DNA of 10,521 nt from an uncultured Deinococcales bacterium (GTDB lineage: Bacteria > Deinococcota > Deinococci > Deinococcales > JAAFIG01): contig CAXTKV010000183.1 in assembly GCA_964244895.1 (NCBI GenBank), positions 1-10,521 on the forward strand, given 5' to 3'. A program made the translations under genes and the position numbers. The notes beneath the pieces are model-generated. The model saw only the letters and a program-made list of their open reading frames with translations. It searched no databases and was not told the origin of the DNA. This document shows positions 8,014 to 10,521 of the stretch, in pieces; the first letter of the stretch is position 1, and the number at the start of each line of letters is the position of its first letter.

Positions 8014-8041
8014 GTAGGGGCGCAATTTATTGCGCCCCTAC
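8014..8041. repeat. GTAG-type REP-like hairpin between convergent genes; possible bidirectional terminator or mRNA stabiliser
   Basis: GTAGGGGCGCAAT-TT-ATTGCGCCCCTAC, perfect 13 bp arms beginning with GTAG and ending with CTAC. Confidence 0.75.
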
Positions 8042-8086
8042 AGTTTCAAGATGCTTAGGCGGCAACCCGCCAGAACATTGCCCAAC

Positions 8087-8149
8087 GAAAAGACCGTCCA
8101 GCACGCTATCCTCGAGAGTACGAAAAATGCGTCCTGGACGGTGTTCTCA
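8087..8149. repeat. Dispersed palindromic element, locus F
   Basis: GAAAAGACCGTCCAGCACGCTATCCTCGAG (8087-8116) and GCGTCCTGGACGGTGTTCTCA (8129-8149); the last three bases are the NadR-like stop codon. Confidence 0.85.
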
Positions 8150-9265
8150 TAGGGTCGCGATTTCCAATCTGGCGTCCAGAACAGCCCTGACTTGCTGCAC
8201 CCGATCCTCGAGAGAACCCGAAACCATCGTGTATTTCACGCCGCGTACCGCCAGGTCGTAACGCACCATGCCCTGCGCCCGAGAGCGCCACGCGGAATCG
8301 TCGCGCCAGCCGTCCTGCACGAACGGAATGTCATCCGCGCAGAGGAACACGTGGTGGTAGCGGCGCTCGGCGGCTCGGGCCAGCGCGGTCAGTTCGGGGA
8401 GCCCGTCGCCCTCGTAGGCGTAGCCCAGAAACATGGTCGTGATCGCGTTCGTGTCCACGAACAACCAGCGCCCGCCCTTCGCCTGCGCCTCGAGCATGGT
8501 CTGAACCTCGAGTTCGCGGTGGCGGTGGGCGATCTGCACGTAATCCGAAAGCGCCAGATCGCCGTTCCTGGCTTCCCAGACCTCGCGCCCGTATTCCGGC
8601 GTGAAACTCGTGTTGTACTCCTGCGCCAGCCGTTCGGCGAGCGTCGATTTGCCGGTGGATTCTGCGCCCAGCAACACGGCGGTCTTGACGGGACGCATCC
8701 AGAATTGCAGGCCCGCGAAGGTCGATTCCGGCACGAGCGACTGCAGTTCCACGAATAACTCGGGGTCGAACTGGCACGTCGCTTCCTCGCCGAAAGCGCG
8801 GATGTTCGCGCCCTGCGAGAGCCGCCTCGTCAACGCCCGGACGCCCGTGCCGGAGATCGGGTAGGCGCTGCGCGATTGATCCACCACCACGGCTTGCGCG
8901 CCGATGTGCGCCGCGAACCCCGGAATGTACGCGTCCGATCCGAAGACGCAATCCACCTTGCCAATGCCGCGCGTGGTTCGCACGTTTTCCTCGAGCCAGA
9001 CGCGCACGAACTCGCGCTGGGTGAAATCGTCCGCATCGTCCGGCGGCGGGTTTTCGGGGACGTGGACGCTCAGCCATTTGCCCCGGTATTCCTGCCTGAT
9101 CCATTCGGCGCGCTCCCGCGCGGGCATGTCCGGGAAATCCGGGTTGCTGTAGACCAGCACGTGCACCCAGTCCATCTGCTCGAGCGCGGTGTCTATGACC
9201 AGCTTGTGCCCGTTGTGGAACGGTGCGAACTTGCCGACGACCAGGCCGGATGGTTCATACGCCAC
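8147..9265 (-). CDS. nadR: NadR-like bifunctional NMN adenylyltransferase / nicotinamide riboside kinase lacking the HTH repressor domain, 372 aa
   Basis: N-terminal GKFAPFHNGH (HxGH nucleotidyltransferase) and PISGTGVR; C-terminal P-loop GAESTGKSTL, PEYGRE, FVDTNAITT, DDIPFVQDGWR; overlaps the pnuC stop. Confidence 0.88.
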   Translation of the reverse strand: MAYEPSGLVVGKFAPFHNGHKLVIDTALEQMDWVHVLVYSNPDFPDMPARERAEWIRQEYRGKWLSVHVPENPPPDDADDFTQREFVRVWLEENVRTTRGIGKVDCVFGSDAYIPGFAAHIGAQAVVVDQSRSAYPISGTGVRALTRRLSQGANIRAFGEEATCQFDPELFVELQSLVPESTFAGLQFWMRPVKTAVLLGAESTGKSTLAERLAQEYNTSFTPEYGREVWEARNGDLALSDYVQIAHRHRELEVQTMLEAQAKGGRWLFVDTNAITTMFLGYAYEGDGLPELTALARAAERRYHHVFLCADDIPFVQDGWRDDSAWRSRAQGMVRYDLAVRGVKYTMVSGSLEDRVQQVRAVLDARLEIATL

Positions 9266-9890
9266 CCGCGATCACCTCGCCCAGATTTGACTCGGTGCGA
9301 GATGCGCGGGCTCGAGCCAGACGGTCATCCCTGGCCCATTCGATCCAGCCGTAAGCGCTCATGGCGATCAGCACGAACTGCAGGCCGAACTGCCCCCAGG
9401 TCTGCGTGTGCATGAACCACGCGATGTTGACCAGGTTGGACGCGATCCAGACGGGCCACGACCACGTCCACTTGCGGGTCGTTCCAAAGTTGGCAATTAA
9501 CGATAAGAGCACCGTGACGAACTGCACCCAGTTCCAGCGGTCGCTGAAATCCGTGACGTAGACCGAATACGCGAAGATCAGGACGCTCGCCACCCACGTC
9601 ACCGCGTACCAGGCGGGTTCGTTGAAACGCAGGCTGGAACGGTCTCGTTGCTGCTCGAGAAACCACAGGTACAACCCGTGAATTCCGAAGATCAGGTAGG
9701 AAACCTGCAAGCCCGCGAACATCCAGTTGCCCTGCGCGGCGAACAGGATGAACAACGGAACCAGACTGGCGTTCGACCAGTGCCAGTACGCGCTGTGCTT
9801 TTTGAAGAGGTACACCAGCGAGACGATCACCGCGATGCTGCCGCTGTAATCCCAGAACCATTGCGGAATCTGTTGGCCGAAGACGTTCAT
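9255..9890 (-). CDS. pnuC: PnuC-family nicotinamide riboside transporter, 211 aa
   Basis: Multiple hydrophobic helices; LQVSYLIFGIHGLYLW, RKWTWSWPVWIASN (WxxWxxxN), YGWIEW; AAGGA upstream of the ATG; coupled to nadR. Confidence 0.9.
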   Translation of the reverse strand: MNVFGQQIPQWFWDYSGSIAVIVSLVYLFKKHSAYWHWSNASLVPLFILFAAQGNWMFAGLQVSYLIFGIHGLYLWFLEQQRDRSSLRFNEPAWYAVTWVASVLIFAYSVYVTDFSDRWNWVQFVTVLLSLIANFGTTRKWTWSWPVWIASNLVNIAWFMHTQTWGQFGLQFVLIAMSAYGWIEWARDDRLARARASRTESNLGEVIAGGV

Positions 9891-9903
9891 GGTTTCCTTT
9901 CGT

Positions 9904-9967
9904 GAAACACCGTCTCAGACAGTGTTTTCTGCTTCTTAAGAACGCCGTTCAGGACGGTCTTCTCGAG
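9904..9967. repeat. Dispersed palindromic element, locus G (two tandem units inside the NAD cluster)
   Basis: GAAACACCGTCTCAGACAGTGTTTTC (9904-9929) and AAGAACGCCGTTCAGGACGGTCTTCTCGAG (9938-9967). Confidence 0.85.
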
Positions 9968-9974
9968 AGCTAGC

Positions 9975-10433
9975 TCAGGTGGATTCGGCGTCTCGAGATC
10001 GCAGGATCTCTCGGGTTTCCATCAGGATGATCCCGAGCATGTTTTTGCCCGTGCCGCTCGAGCCGCAACCCCAGTAGTGATCGCCGGACGTGTTTTCGAT
10101 CAATTCCTGATCGCCCGTCTCGAGCAAAATCTGGCGGATTTCGGCGTGCGTCTCGAATTTTGTCAGCACCGCGCGGCGCATGGCGTCGTCCTTGACGGCT
10201 TCCCAGTCGGCCCGCAGGGGCCTGTGGCGTTCGCGTCCGATCTCGGCGGCTCGCTTGGGCGTTTTGGCGTCCCGCACGGCCTGAACGTGCTCGAGGTGCG
10301 GCACGAATTTCTGCGCCTGAAAGTAGTGCTCGCTGGTGCGCCAGAATTGACCGTCCAGCGTGAAGCCGTGAGCGCTGAAATTGCTGAAGCAACCGTGCGG
10401 AATTTCCCTGGTGCTGTAAAAGTAAATTGGCAT
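9975..10433 (-). CDS. NADAR / YbiA-family N-glycosidase, 152 aa
   Basis: FSNF, TSEHYFQAQKF, LRADWEAVK, KF...H, LLETGDQELIE, DHYWG, GKNMLGIILMETR motifs; GAGGT RBS 7 nt before ATG at 10433. Confidence 0.93.
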   Translation of the reverse strand: MPIYFYSTREIPHGCFSNFSAHGFTLDGQFWRTSEHYFQAQKFVPHLEHVQAVRDAKTPKRAAEIGRERHRPLRADWEAVKDDAMRRAVLTKFETHAEIRQILLETGDQELIENTSGDHYWGCGSSGTGKNMLGIILMETREILRSRDAEST

Positions 10434-10448
10434 CTTGGCCACCTCGTT

Positions 10449-10520
10449 TCAGAGCGCGGATGCTTGTTTGAAGACGTAATACTCGGCGGGTCGGTAATCG
10501 GTGCCTTCCTCGCGGTCTAC
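10449..10520 (-). CDS. C-terminal end of an upstream gene, probably an NrtR-like (Nudix + wHTH) regulator; truncated by the window edge
   Basis: Translates as VDREEGTDYRPAEYYVFKQASAL*; RPAEYYVF resembles the RPAxLYxF wing motif ending NrtR wHTH domains, and the context is an NAD salvage cluster. Only 23 residues are visible. Confidence 0.5.
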   Translation of the reverse strand, partial: VDREEGTDYRPAEYYVFKQASAL

Positions 10521-10521
10521 G

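Noticed and set aside
7983..8261. 92 aa ORF downstream of the HNH gene
   Set aside because: Spans two repeat types and the antisense end of nadR; no RBS or protein-like features.
9904..9967. NrtR/NadR operator upstream of pnuC
   Set aside because: These palindromes match the dispersed family found next to unrelated genes, so they are not NAD-regulon specific.

Overview
GC-rich (roughly 65%) bacterial chromosomal segment, most consistent with Deinococcota (TilS-TadA fusion, leaderless -10 promoter signatures). Gene content in window order: 3' part of a TilS-TadA fusion (+), an alpha/beta hydrolase of the non-heme haloperoxidase/arylesterase type (+), the aroC-aroK-aroB operon (-), a VanW-family membrane-anchored protein (-), a stand-alone HNH endonuclease (+), and a minus-strand NAD salvage cluster (probable NrtR C-terminus, NADAR/YbiA, PnuC, NadR without HTH). 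The most unusual signals are non-genic: (1) a dispersed palindromic element, consensus about CTCGAGAACACCGTCC-N-GGACGGTGTTCTCGAG, present in all seven sizeable intergenic spaces; (2) strong over-representation of CTCGAG (about 49 copies by manual count versus 3-4 expected) in all three reading frames; (3) a composite 230 bp inverted heptamer-repeat structure between aroC and aroK; (4) a separate GTAG-type REP-like hairpin.
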